In this document: in pieces, positions 12,501 to 24,724 of the stretch
Layout: every line of letters begins with the position of its first letter
Numbering within the stretch: position 1 is the first letter of the stretch
Source: Malacoraja senta
Taxonomy: Eukaryota
DNA length: 64,000 nucleotides
NCBI GenBank assembly: GCA_038087875.1
Contig: CM075978.1
Location: 102,176,001-102,240,000, forward strand
Direction: 5' to 3'
The notes under the pieces: model-generated
What the model was told of the DNA's origin: nothing
The model's input: the letters and a program-made list of their open reading frames with translations, nothing else
Database searches by the model: none
Program-made: the position numbers and the translations under genes

Positions 12501-13734
12501 TATCTTAAGATTCCCTGGCAGTAACACACACAGGTTGGGGGGGGGGTTCCCCCCGCCACGGGTACCATGTAATCCCGTGCTACCTGCTCCATGGTCGGAT
12601 AGTCAGCGACTAAACCGTCTCCCCCACCTGGTTTGTCAGGTGAGGAAGAGGCTGTGGACACCCACCAGGACCAAAAACAAGAGCTGTCAAAGGGCGGATG
12701 AGCTTTTAGCAAGCCAATGGCCAATCGCACTTCAGTAGAAGTTGCGATCACTGAAGTACATAGCATTGTAAGGAATGATGATAAAGCACACACACCAAAA
12801 TCCTATAATACCAGCGGCGGAGGTCCGCAGGAACTGGACGACAGAGATGTGTGGTGCGTCCGTCACCATTCCCTTTGGAAAGCAGCACCACTGCGTCGTT
12901 AATGTTGAATGAAATGAACACACACAAGAAAATCTCTCTGAAGTTACTAGAGTCCATGACATAGTTAAATAACAGCCTTTTGACTGAATCTTCTTTTTTA
13001 TCAATTAGTCTAACAGTGGGAAATATTTTGTTAAGAGGAAAGAAAAAGAACCACAGTGTGCATGTCCTACTTTTCCACATTTACCCTCTTACCCTCCCCC
13101 AGTGGGATTAACAAGGGAATTATAAAAATCCGGATTACAGTTAGCATACTTGGATGTGCTTGTTACAGTGAACAAGTTCAGGTTGACAGACAACAGGATT
13201 ACTCCAGCAATGTTCCGAGTAATGATGAATTCAATCACTTTAAATATTCCAGTGTTTAAGTTGATCATCTCGTGCTCCGTTTAAATTAAACATCAGCGAT
13301 GACCTACTTTGAATGTGATTAACTTCACAGGAACAGTTTACAAGAGTAGGTGAGTTCAAGTAATTCTAAAACAAAAAATATTTTCTAACTGAGTTTAAAA
13401 ATAAGCTGGTCATGATTCCTTCAATTTATAAATTTCAATTTCTAACACTTCCTTGAAAGACCCTAGGATTTTAAATGTGTTATTCTTTATGTTGGATGTA
13501 GTTGAATTACAGTTAAATTTAGGGTGACAGCAGGCAGGTGTATTATAGAATAATCACTCTCCACATAATTCTGTCTGAAAAGTATTAAAACAATACCTCT
13601 GCAGGGATGCTAGGCAACTAAATTATTTTGCTCTTTGGTTTCCCAAAGAATATGATATTTGTACACTTGTTGTAATTTCAACAGTTATTATTCTAATGGG
13701 AAACCGATAATACCAAAAGCTGGTCGTTCATTGG

Positions 13735-14925
13735 TATAGATATTGGTTTATTATTCTTATGTGTACCGAGATACAATGAAAAGCTTTGTTTACTTGCCAA
13801 TCAGTCACATCATACTATACATGACTACAATCAAACCATAAACAAGTCCAACATGTAGTGCAAAGAGAAAAATACCAGTCAAATATATAGTGTTAAAGCA
13901 TTACAGTTACAGAGAAAGTGTAAATATTTTTTTTTAAAACAAGGGTTGCCATGAGGTAGTTTGGGAGTACACCCTATCTTATTAAAGGATCGTTCCGTAG
14001 TCTGTTAATAGTGGGGAAGAAGCTGTCCCTGAATCTGATGTCATGTGCTTTCAAGCTTTTGTAACTTCCTCATGACAGGAGAGGGAATGATGGATGAAAA
14101 TGTTCCTTGATTATGTTAGCTGCCTTCCCAAGGCACTGTCAAGTGTAGATGGGGGCTGAGGGGTGAGGGTAAGGCTGGTTTTGTGGATACAGCCCAGTGA
14201 TAGACTGGGCCGTATCCACAACTCTCTGCAATTTCTTGTGGTTTTGGACCAGAGTTGTTGCCAAACCAACCTGTAATGCATTCTGATAGGATGCATTCTA
14301 CAATGCATCTGTAGAAGTTGGTAAAAATTGTTGTGGACATACCAAACTTCCTTATTCTTTTGAGGAAGTAGACTGAGGTGTGCTTTCTTGGCCATAGCTT
14401 CAATGTAATTGGTCCAGGACAAATTGTTGGTGATATTCTTTTCCTCAGAACATTGAACTTGAAGATGTTTCCACATCTCTACTTTGGCATCATTGATCCT
14501 GTCTGGGGCATGCATGCCACCTCATTTCCTGCAAACTTGTAAATGAAGTTGGAGACAAATTTAGTCACATGTTCGTGAGTATATAGGATGTACAGTTAGA
14601 GGCTGAGAATTATTGTCGAGGATGTTTTGCCACCTATTCTCATTGATAATCTGCGAATCATGGTCGAAGATCCAGTTGCAGAGGGAGGTGCTAAGGTGTT
14701 TGGAGATAAGTTTGGTTGGATTATTGGGTTGAAGGTGGAGCTATAATCTATAAATAGATGTCTGACATAAGCGTTCTTGTTATCTAGATATTCCAGTGAT
14801 GAGAGTAGCGCCAGGGAGATGGCATCTGCTGTGGACCTGTTCTGATGGTAGGCAAACTGCAGTAGATCACGGGTGTCTGGGAGGCTGGAGTTAATGTGCG
14901 CCATGACCAGTTTATTATTATACAT
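13735..14925 (-). mobile_element. Degenerate Rex1/Babar-type LINE
   Basis: Peptides LVMAHINSSLPD..LQFAY..NRSTADAISLAL..LFIDYSSTFNPI and FYRCIVECILSECITGWFGN. Confidence 0.8.
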
Positions 14926-16149
14926 CATGACATCTGTTTGCAATTTAAAGAAATTGCAGCCACAGAGAGAAATAGGTCATTGAAACCCACCTAGAAATGC
15001 TAAGTAGGGGAAGAACTAAGGTGTTTGATTTTGTATATAAACATCATAATTTTCCATTATTTGTAGCCTTTGCATAATTTGACTTTGCTTTGCTCCAAAT
15101 GAATGTACCAGCATTAGTCAAATAAATGTTTAGCTAGTACAAATAACATCTCAGAGTACAGAAAAAATGTCACACTCACATAACAATCATTGGCATACTG
15201 CTTACCTGTTGACGCATCAATCAGCAAGGCTTTTGACGTTAATGCGTTTCAGGTCAATGGAGATCAACTTTGATTGTTGATTGCAAGTTATGGATGATTT
15301 TCAGATGAAAAGGGTTGTCTCGTTGCATTTAATGATGGAACAATTTGACATGCGTAGCATCTAAATTATTCTGACAATGACTGGTATAACCTCTAGCATG
15401 AAGCTGATTCCTATTCCTGGATCTTCACCCTGCTCTTCCAATACTTATAATAGCAATCTCTATTGGACATAATCCAAGGGAAAGTTGAGGATTAATCAAC
15501 AAGGTAATAAGGTGAGCTCAAACATCTACTCAATGTCCATTTTCTCTAAGAGCCCTCTACTACGTTTAGGAATAAACGCGGCACAAACAGTCAGGTTGCA
15601 TCGTCGAGTTTATTGTTGAATACTCAATTACGGTGAGGTACAGGTACAGTGAAAATCTTGCTTGCAACAGCATCGCAGGCATATAGACTCATGTCCAACA
15701 CAGAAAACATAAATTGTACATAAATTACATCTAAATTCTGCAAGGCAATGAAAAGAAAAAAAATGCAAAATAACAAGACTTCAGTGCGAAACACAATTAG
15801 AAAAGTCGAAAATTAGGCAAGGTAGTTATAGTAGGAAATGTTTTTGAGCTCACAAGATCATAAGGTCATAAGGTATAGGAGTAGAATTAGGCCATTCGGC
15901 CCATCAAGTGTACTGCACTATTCAACCATGGCTGATCTATCTCTCCCTCCTAACCCCGTTCTCCTGCCTTCTCCCTATAACCTCTGATACATCTACTGCT
16001 TCTCGTAACCTCACCCCATAACCTCTGACACCAATTGGAGTAGAGCTGGGTGATGTTACAATACAGTGTTAACTTCTAATTTTTGGAGCATGTTGTGTTA
16101 GTTCTGAGACTTAATCAGTTCTTTCACAAAGTTTATCTTACAGTAATCT

Positions 16150-16405
16150 TAGAGTCATGGTTATACAGCATTAAAACAGGCCCTTCAGCCAATCGGGTCT
16201 CTCTCCACCCCTCAATTCAACCAATCACATTTACAGTGACCAATTAACCTATCAACCTACATGCCTGTGAGATGTGGGAGGAAACCAGAGCACCTGGAAA
16301 CACACACATGCCAAACATCAGAGTCCACTCAGACAGCACTTGATGTCAGGATTGAACCTTGGTCTCAAGCACTGTGAGGCAGTGGCTTCTACTAGCTCTG
16401 CTGCC
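16150..16405 (-). mobile_element. tRNA-derived V-SINE (HE1-like)
   Basis: On the minus strand, a GGTTCAATCC B-box and the V-domain GGTGCTCTGGTTTCCTCCCAC. Confidence 0.7.
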
Positions 16406-16949
16406 AATAGTCATTTGATTTATGACTTCAAATGAATCTCACGGAATTTCATGAGGGATTTCTCATCAATAAATGAGAGAGGACTCATTTTGAAACATTA
16501 TCCTTCAATGAATCATCCTGCCCTTTGCATGCCAATCTGATCAATATTTGGGATAGCTGAATGGGGCACAATGGTAAATATTCACTGTTGATGTAAGACT
16601 AGAGTATGAAAGTTGTGGACTACTAGTTTTACCTCCTGTGTGGAGCTCCTCTATGTACAATATATTTTGTGCAGAAGTGAGAGTCCATTAAGGGAGTGCC
16701 ATCCATCCACAAATACTGAACGTTGTAGAAAGCATATAAGTAATTGCAGCAGGGCTTAATATATTGATATGTTGTTTGGGGACTGTGATTATGGAGATTG
16801 TTCAGAAGAATCTTCTCTCTTTAAGGGAATTCCTTATTGATTAGTTGGACAATACCTCAATCCTTCACTCAGTCAGAGGTTGGAGCACCAGAAGTCGGGC
16901 AGAAACAATACCTTAACAATTTTCATTCCCCTCCCCCACCTCTGCTGGC

Positions 16950-17760
16950 CTTCTGTGCCTGCTTCCTGAACTTCAGATCTCCCTCAAGCACTAGCTGCTA
17001 TATTCTGTCAGCCAGGTTATGCAGCATGCTACACTGAAATCGCTACAGCAGTTGATGATGCATTGCTCTTGACACGCATGAAGTAGGTCAATTTTCATTT
17101 TCTTCACACATGTGCAGTTTTCTGGGGTCAAAATCCATGGCAATAGTGAATACAAATAGTTGCTTAGAATCCAACCCTCAGGGAAGTGCTGGCTGCTGGA
17201 AATCTCCTAAGGATCATGCAGCATTTTGGAGTCACAACATGGCATTGACCACCATAAAATTCTTCTCATGATCCATGGCAAACTGTACATAACATGTACA
17301 CAAAACCCTTCTATATCCTGCTTATTAAAGATACTCTTTGTGGAAACACAAATGCAAATGATGGCTGCCTGCCATCTGGGGAAGTCAAGAACACTGATAA
17401 ATCCAAGTGCCCAAGATGTTACCTTCAGCTTAATGATATCAATGTAAATTAAATCATTCCTCTTTGATACAAAACCTATTGAGCGCTCTAATGCTGTGAT
17501 AAGCAGTAAACTTGGAAATATGGCTGATGTCTGGAGGCTGACAATTTGAGACTTATTGTGACCCTCATCTCCTGAGAGAGAGAGCAGTCCCAGCAGTAGA
17601 GCATGGCTGCTGGTCGCTCTGCAGAATGTCACAGACTGCTGTTATTGCTACCTGAGCTTCCAAAGACATTGCTCATCAGAGATCCAGGTACAATGTGCCA
17701 TCTCTGGAAACTCTCCTTACTTCAGATCCTTGTAGATATCCATGTTATATGCCTCTTACC
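16950..17760 (-). pseudogene. Heavily decayed PIF/Harbinger (HARBI1-like) transposase fossil
   Basis: Manual minus-strand translation gives pieces in the expected order: DEQCLWKLR, ISKFTAYHSIRA, DFPRWQAAI, CCHD-like and EGWILSNYLYSLLPWILTP. They resemble Harbinger DDE motifs but span several frames. Confidence 0.5.
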
Positions 17761-18791
17761 ACACTACCCAAACACTCCATGTTATCTGCAACAGCTGTCC
17801 TCAAGTCTCCAGCGATGAAGTACAGAGTAGAATTATCGCTGAGATTCTCAATAAAGTAGCTCAGAACCTAAATGCTGCAAGTAATACTCCTTGCTAATCT
17901 AAACACAGACTGTGTACTTTGGGAGGTATTTGAGCATTCTCTACTTAATTCGGACATTGCTTTCTAGAGATTCCTGCAGCAGAGTGTCCCATTAAATTAC
18001 AAATCAATCACAAACTAGGCATGGTCTGCTCCAAGTTCTTCTGTGACTGTTCTATAATTCTTCTCCAATTCATGAAACGTACAGTGCATGATGAATCACA
18101 TCATTAGGTACTTATCTAATGCTGGGAAAATATTAGGCACATTGACTTGGACTGCAACCAAAAGTGTCCTGTCCAATTTAGAAATTGACACAATTTCATA
18201 CAGAAATGATACCAACTGCAAATTACTCCACGTAAAATCAATTTTGAATCACACTGATCTGAAGCAAAAGAAGTGCTACATTACCTATTTTCCATGTAAG
18301 GATTTTTTAAAGGAATGTTTTGTTCAGGAAATATGCCTTTCAAAGTTTCACTAATACATAAATAGTCAGCTCAGTAGCAGAGCTTTATTTGGTGCTCGCA
18401 GCAAAATCTAATGGTGGCTTTGAAAGCATCATGTTCCCCTGTATTTATTAGTTTGCATTGTGCTTTCCAAAAGGCACTGAGCTGAAACTAGCATCATACA
18501 TTCAGAGAAAAAATTTCAAGGACAAACAGACTTCCAGAATGGAAGTAGAATTCCATTGTAATCTCTATGAATAGCAGGATTCAAGAGGGACAAAATAAAT
18601 TAATATGAAAAATAGCTTTGACAATAGGCGGGGAGAGAATATTCTTAACTGTAATTTGGTTTGGATTTTAATTCTGCTCTTTATCCCGAATTGTTTTATT
18701 TTAACTCCTGAATCTAGGAAATATAAGTCTGACAGCCAGTTTTCCAAACTGGATGATCCAACTGGCCTACATCAAGCATTAATTCCAAATC

Positions 18792-18850
18792 ATGTTCAGC
18801 CTGATGGCAAACTGCTGTACCTGGGCTCGGAAAGTTCAGGAGCCGATAAG
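18792..18850 (+). CDS. ARL13A: ARL13-family GTPase, coding exon 1 (MFSLMANCCTWARKVQEPIR)
   Basis: ATG at 18792; 59 coding nt ending AG|GTGAGT (phase 2). The peptide matches the ARL13 N-terminus, including the Cys8-Cys9 palmitoylation pair. A possible acceptor near 18717 suggests upstream non-coding exon(s). Confidence 0.9.
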
Positions 18851-19920
18851 GTGAGTTATTACCGCTCTGATGACATAAAATAAATATCTCATAAGTAATG
18901 CTACTGAATGTCTACCAGCGGAAAGTGACAGGGACAAGTCAATTTACATCCTCTTTCAATTGCATCTTTGCCACACTTCAATGAGTCATGAGATCTCACC
19001 ATTCTGTTTTTTCAGAACATTTTGAATTTAGGAACTGACCTTCACATGTAATGAAATTATCAATCTTGAGATTGGGATTAAACTGCAGTGGGAAAATTAT
19101 AATGCTGATTATTATGCAGACATGTAGGATCTATAACTTGCTATTACGATCCGATCTTGATGCTGGTTAGAAGAAAAATTAAAGAAAGGTTCCTTTTCTT
19201 TGACATATCCTAAGCAAACCTATGCACTTCATTCACGTCATAATTCTTTTTTTTTGCCATTATCTTTTTGCAATGAACATCAAGGAAGAAAATAAGAAAA
19301 TTGGCAAACATTTTATACATAGAGGAATATATTGGTGCCAGAAGGAGCTGGTGGTGTGTGGGGAAGAGGTGTGTGTTTTATATGTGGATTCAGGATAGGA
19401 CTATTGGTGGTGTGGCATTTCCTGAGACATCTGTTTGTGGTTTCTGAATAAGGTTGATGTGTTTGCAAACATGCTGAAGATTCAGTGCTATGTTGCTCAG
19501 AACTGGCACTGTTCTAATCAGGAATCAGGACCAGCAATGCATGAGGATTTGTGCACAAATCCTGTATTACTCAAATTGATCTTGGTGCCAAAATAATGAA
19601 CTGTATCATTTAAAGGAGTGCTTGTACAATTCTATCATGAGAACTGATCCAATCTGTGCATTCATCAATACCTGATCCAAGAACAGAGTGGAAATGGCAC
19701 ATTGCCACTCAATATTGATGCATTAGTGGATAGTAGCAGGCAGTAAAACACAATGGCCGCAGATTCCTATGAGTGTATTAGGACTTAGAAGGAAGAGGAA
19801 AGAATGAAATAGTAATGTTTGTGAAAAGTGCTTTGCGCTACTCTTGGCAGCTAGGCAAATGGGCATTAACAGAGTTTAGATGGCAGAGAACCATGGCACT
19901 TATTACATCTACGGGGTTAT

Positions 19921-20281
19921 TGTGGTGGCACCCGTTGGTTGGGCCACTAGCTACACAAACCCTCAGCAGTTGGGGGTAGGGTCACATGACTGGGCAATGG
20001 CAGGGAGGAGTTGTCACGGGATATAGGGTTGTGTCCTGGTATATATATAACGAACCCTGGGACAACCCTCTCTCTCTCTCTGACTTCGAGCTGACCAGCT
20101 CTCTTCTCTCTTTGCGTGAGTGTCCTTCCACCTCAGCAGGAGCTCAGCTCGAGCCCACGAGGCAACAGCCTCGCAGCAGCAACAACAACTTTGTGTTAGA
20201 GGATTAACGTGTATATGTATTTCGAACCTATTATGCCTGAATAAAGTAACCCGTTTATTCACGACGTTTGGTGCCTCTACA
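19921..20281 (+). mobile_element. Solo LTR (361 bp), probably Gypsy-type
   Basis: TG...CA termini, 4-bp TSD TTAT on both sides, TATATATAA near 20040 and AATAAA at 20240. Confidence 0.8.
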
Positions 20282-20508
20282 TTATAACTAGATTTGAGCA
20301 ACTGTGCCTTGTAGGAGTACGGGAATGCTCTTGAGCAGAGAAAGAATGCTTTGTAGATAAATCAGCTTTGATTCAGCATGGTGACGTCATTCCAAGCATT
20401 CATATTTGGCATCATCATATAATATTTATTTATTTTCTGATATTTCTATCAGAATTGTTGTAAATTTGTCTATTAAGCATTTCCACACACTGTTCATCTC
20501 TGTTTTAG

Positions 20509-20579
20509 GAATGTCACTCTGCTGATCCTTGGACTGAGTAATGCAGGGAAAAGCTCAATACTCAAAGGAATACAGAAAG
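20509..20579 (+). CDS. ARL13A: ARL13A coding exon 2, P-loop (NVTLLILGLSNAGKSSILKGIQK)
   Basis: tgttttAG acceptor and G|GTAAAT donor; 71 nt, phase 2 to 1; GxxxxGKS P-loop. The size matches ARL13B exon 2 as I recall it. Confidence 0.92.
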
Positions 20580-21068
20580 GTAAATGAACCATTGCCTTAA
20601 GATCTGATCAAGAGAGATACATAATTATATTTTTTAATAGTTTACACCACTTTTATGTCACACGTGGAAACCTTGATTCATGGGGAAAGTAGGGAAAATT
20701 AACTGACTACATTGATGCTGAATTGGAACGAAATTAACACTCTGCCAACAATAGCAATCTTGAAATTGCATTTTATATAGTGGGAAGCTTGGGTGTGAAC
20801 TACTAAACCTTTGGAGAAGAAACTTTTGAAGCTATGCGTATTCTCTGCCGTGGAGATTTCCTGAATGTTTTTTCCACTGAGTAAAAAAACCAGTAGAATG
20901 ATGCTAGAACCTAGCCTGATAGAGCATCTTTTCTTCAGTTTACTACAATATTTGCACTGGATATGCATGAATGCAGGCTCGAAATATGAATTTTGTCAGA
21001 TTTTATTTAATAGCTTTTGGTGTCACACATGGGACAGTGAAACCAAGAGTTATTTGAGAAAGGGTTAA

Positions 21069-21350
21069 AGCCCTGTCCCACGGTACGAGTTCATTGCAAG
21101 AGCTCTCCCGAGTTTGCCCTGATTCGAACTCGGAGATTTACGGTAATGGCCACTCGTCGGTACTTGGGGCTCTCGTGGACATTTTTCAACATGTTGAAAA
21201 ATCTTCACGAGTCTTCCCGTGCTTACCTGCCGTTAGCGAGTCTTCTCGAGTACCTGCCGTTAGCATTACGAGCCGCTAAGAGACGTCCCCGAGCTCCGAC
21301 GTACCCGCTACGTTCATTCTCCGTGCTTACCACGAGTTTGATTTTTTTAA
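21069..21350. mobile_element. Related MITE fragment (terminus AGCCCTGTCCCAC)
   Basis: The terminus resembles that of the MITEs above; the body is CpG-rich. Confidence 0.5.
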
Positions 21351-21729
21351 AGATGTAATTAAGTCATCATTTTAAATGCTGCTGTGCCTCAACCAGCAGT
21401 GAATATATGTAATTATAGTGTGATACGTGTGCATAATCCATTTCCATTTTTAATGTGGATGCAGATATTTCATGGAATTATTTGACAGGTAGCATGAGTT
21501 GATTTAGCATTTTTTGATGTACTACAAATACATTTGTAGCATGCACCTCCACTGATAATAGCTTCATTGTGACGCATTTGCATTAACTATTCCAATTATA
21601 AGTGTGCTAAGAATTTATAATGGAAAAAAAATGACGAAAGGTGCAGAGATGTAGGATTTTGATAAATCATAGAAATAGGGCAGCTTTTGGCATTCTGGTC
21701 GTCTTTGGTCATGGCACCGAGTATAGAAG

Positions 21730-23457
21730 TTTTTTTTTTAATTTTTATTTTTTATTTTTATTAGAAGTATTTTACATTACAGTTATCTGTAATAACATAA
21801 CATAATTTTATACAATTCTTGTACCACTTCTGTTTTTCAACTTTAATAGAAAGAAGGATAGAAAGAGCTAGCAAAGATAGTCAGTGAGTGAATGAAAGTG
21901 GTCCAGGAACACTCTTGTGAACCTAAACCACAAGAAGTAGTTAAATAAGAAAAGAAAAAAAGAGAAAAAAGAAAATAAGATAGGACAATATGAAAGGGAT
22001 GTGTCTACTTCTTATCTTTACTCACCCCTCGCCAGATCCTAAAACCATTTATTATCAACATTTTGTTGCACCCTATGTTTGTAATAAGTCGATATATGGC
22101 GACCAAATCTTTTGGAATTGGTCTTGTTTACCTGCTAGGAGGACTCTCATATCTTCTAAAGTGGTGGCGCTGTCGAACAGCAGCGGCTCGCCTGCAGTCC
22201 GTCTGTTTTTACTTTTTTTGTTGTTTTCTTTTGTCCTAAAAAGGTTGTGTATGTGTGGGGTGGGGGGGGGTGAAACATGATTTTTGTCTCTTCCTTCGGG
22301 GGAATGCGACTTTTTCTTGTCGTATCCCCCTTCTCTGCCTCCGTCTGCGCCGAGGCCTAATGGCGGAGCTGCCGGCCTCCAACTCCAACTGCGAGCGACC
22401 GACCTCGAGGCTCCGGAGGCAGAGCCAGGACTTACCAGCGCGGGGCTGGCCTGCTTCGGGGCTGCGGTGGCGTTCCGGCGGTGGCGACCGAGGACACTGG
22501 TGGCGACCTGAATCCGGAGGCTCGGCCGCGGGCCCGGTGGACGACATCGTCGGGAGCTCGCAGGTCACAGGTGGGTGACCTGTTTTTCTGGAGCTCCCGC
22601 AACTACAGCTGCGTCCGCTGGACTGGAGGGCGGCAGCTTCGGCAGCTTCGGCCACCCTGGGCCGTGGAGTTTGAACCGGATTCAGCCGCGGGATTGACTT
22701 ACCATCACCCGGCGGGGTCACAACATCAGAAGCCTGGATCGCCTCAGCGCAGAGGAAGAACAAAGCGGGAAGAGACAGAGACTTTAAGACTTTTGCCTCC
22801 ATCACAGTGAGGAGGTGCCTGGTGAACTCACTGTGGTGGATGTTAATTTGTGTTTATTGTGTGTTTTGTTATTTATTATTATATGTATGACTGCAGGCAA
22901 TGAAATTTCGTTCAGACCGAAAGGTCTGAATGACAAATAAAGGAATCTCTAATCTCTAATCTCTAAATGTAACAATTCCGACATATTAGAAGTCCACATT
23001 TTTATTGTTGGCGTAGGAGCATTTTTCCAAAATTTCAATATCAGTTATTTTGCCGTTAATAAACCATAACTAAGAAAACTCCATTGAAACGCAGTCAGCT
23101 CCAAACTTGCTTCTGTTGTTCCAAAAATAATCAGTTCTGCATTCGGTTTCAATTTTATTTTAAATAATTTAGAGAAAATTTCAAAAATTTCATTCCAACA
23201 TTTTTGAATTTTTATACAAAAGACAAAAGAATGTGCTATAGTTGATTCTTGGACTAGGCATTTATCACAGTTAGCCGAGGTATTAGGGTAAAATTTACTT
23301 AATTTAGCTTTTGAATAATATAATCTATGTAAAATTTTAAATTGAATCAGAGTATGTCTTACGTTAATCGAACATTTATGCACATATAATAGATGTCTAT
23401 CCCAACTCTCTTTCGAGATTTTTATAGCTAGTTCCTGTTCCCATTCTCTTCTAATCC
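21730..23457 (-). mobile_element. 5'-truncated L1-type LINE with poly(A) and TSD
   Basis: ORF2 C-terminus QFKILHRLY..CDKC..HSFVFC (CCHC). Poly-T at 21730-21762. TSD CCGAGTATAGAAGTT at 21717-21731 and 23458-23472. Confidence 0.85.
22161..22966 (+). mobile_element. GC-rich non-autonomous retroelement with LINE-type tail, nested in the L1
   Basis: Starts GTGGTGGCGCTG and ends AATAAA followed by (AATCTCT)n. A related 5' head lies at 46300-46505 (-), and related tails at 44270-44770 (-) and 57750-58260 (-). Confidence 0.65.
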
Positions 23458-24724
23458 CCGAGTATAGAAGTTGAACTGGGACTTGCAGGATAGGAGACTG
23501 TTAGATGGTCTTACAGAGGTGCATAAAATCATGTGAAACATAGATAGGATGAATGAATACAGTCTTTTTCACAGGGTTGACGAATCAGGAACAAGAGGCA
23601 AAGATTTAATATGATAAGTGAATGTTTTAATAGGAACCTGAGGGGCAACATTTTAGAGGAAGGGTGGTATTTACATGGAATGAGTTGACATAGGAAGTCG
23701 TTGATGCAGGTACAATTAGAATATTTAAGAGTAATTTGGACTAGATATGCGCATCTTGGTCGGCATGGACAAGTTAGGAAGAAGTGCCTATTTACATGCT
23801 GTACAACTATGACTATTTCTACTCCACTTTATGATGCTGATGTTAATAGTTTTTGGAAAGATATTGTCCCACTGTATATTCATACTGATACATATATTTT
23901 GTAATTTTGTTTTAATCTAAAAATATTTTATTCATTCCAAAAACGAAAATGCTGATGATCTGATAGGACTTGCCTGTGTCCCATGTTTACACATACTGTA
24001 TTTATGGCCCACTGAACACAATCATTACCTGTAGGATTACCTCCTAATTTTAAAATATATCACATTCAGAACTGCAGCAGTTTAGGAAGGTGGCTCATCA
24101 TCACCTTCTCAAGGGCAATGCGAGATGGGCAAAAACAGTGTACCTTGTCAGTAATGCCCAGATCCTAAAAAAACCATGTAATTTGTGATCAGCAGCAAGC
24201 AACCTGGTGATCATGCAAGTCCAAACAAAGTTTGTGTTTATCCGCAGGAATCTGTAGGAGAATATTGCCCGCCATTTCCTGCAGGTCGACAGGACTTTCG
24301 GTGAAATAATGTCATCACATAAGTAAAGGGACAGAAGCAGAACAGGTCCCATCAATAAGTAGGAGAAAAAAAATCACACTACTGTCTTGGCCAGATCTGT
24401 CAGTCTTAAAGCACACACGGCTAAAAATGTGGTCGCTTGGCATTGACCTTCTTCGAGCTGCACGTATGAAAGTCAATGTTTTCTGGAGTGGAAAATGATA
24501 TTGATGATTTTCAGATTGAATTGTGCCTCTCTAAAAATGAAGCTGGGCTCTTAATGTTGCAAATTGTGCTTTCATAGATGAGTGAATTTCTGTGTTAGAT
24601 CCAGATGTAACAACATAATTCCCAATGAAACTCAATTTGAGATTGCTGGTGGAAATTAACACCCATTGTCCTGATATGTACTTGTCTTAGGGCATTCACA
24701 GCTCAACCAGGTTTATATTGCAAG

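Noticed and set aside
13210-13284. MFRVMMNS... as the ARL13A start
   Set aside because: It reaches a stop with no donor and no CC motif; the exon at 18792 fits far better.
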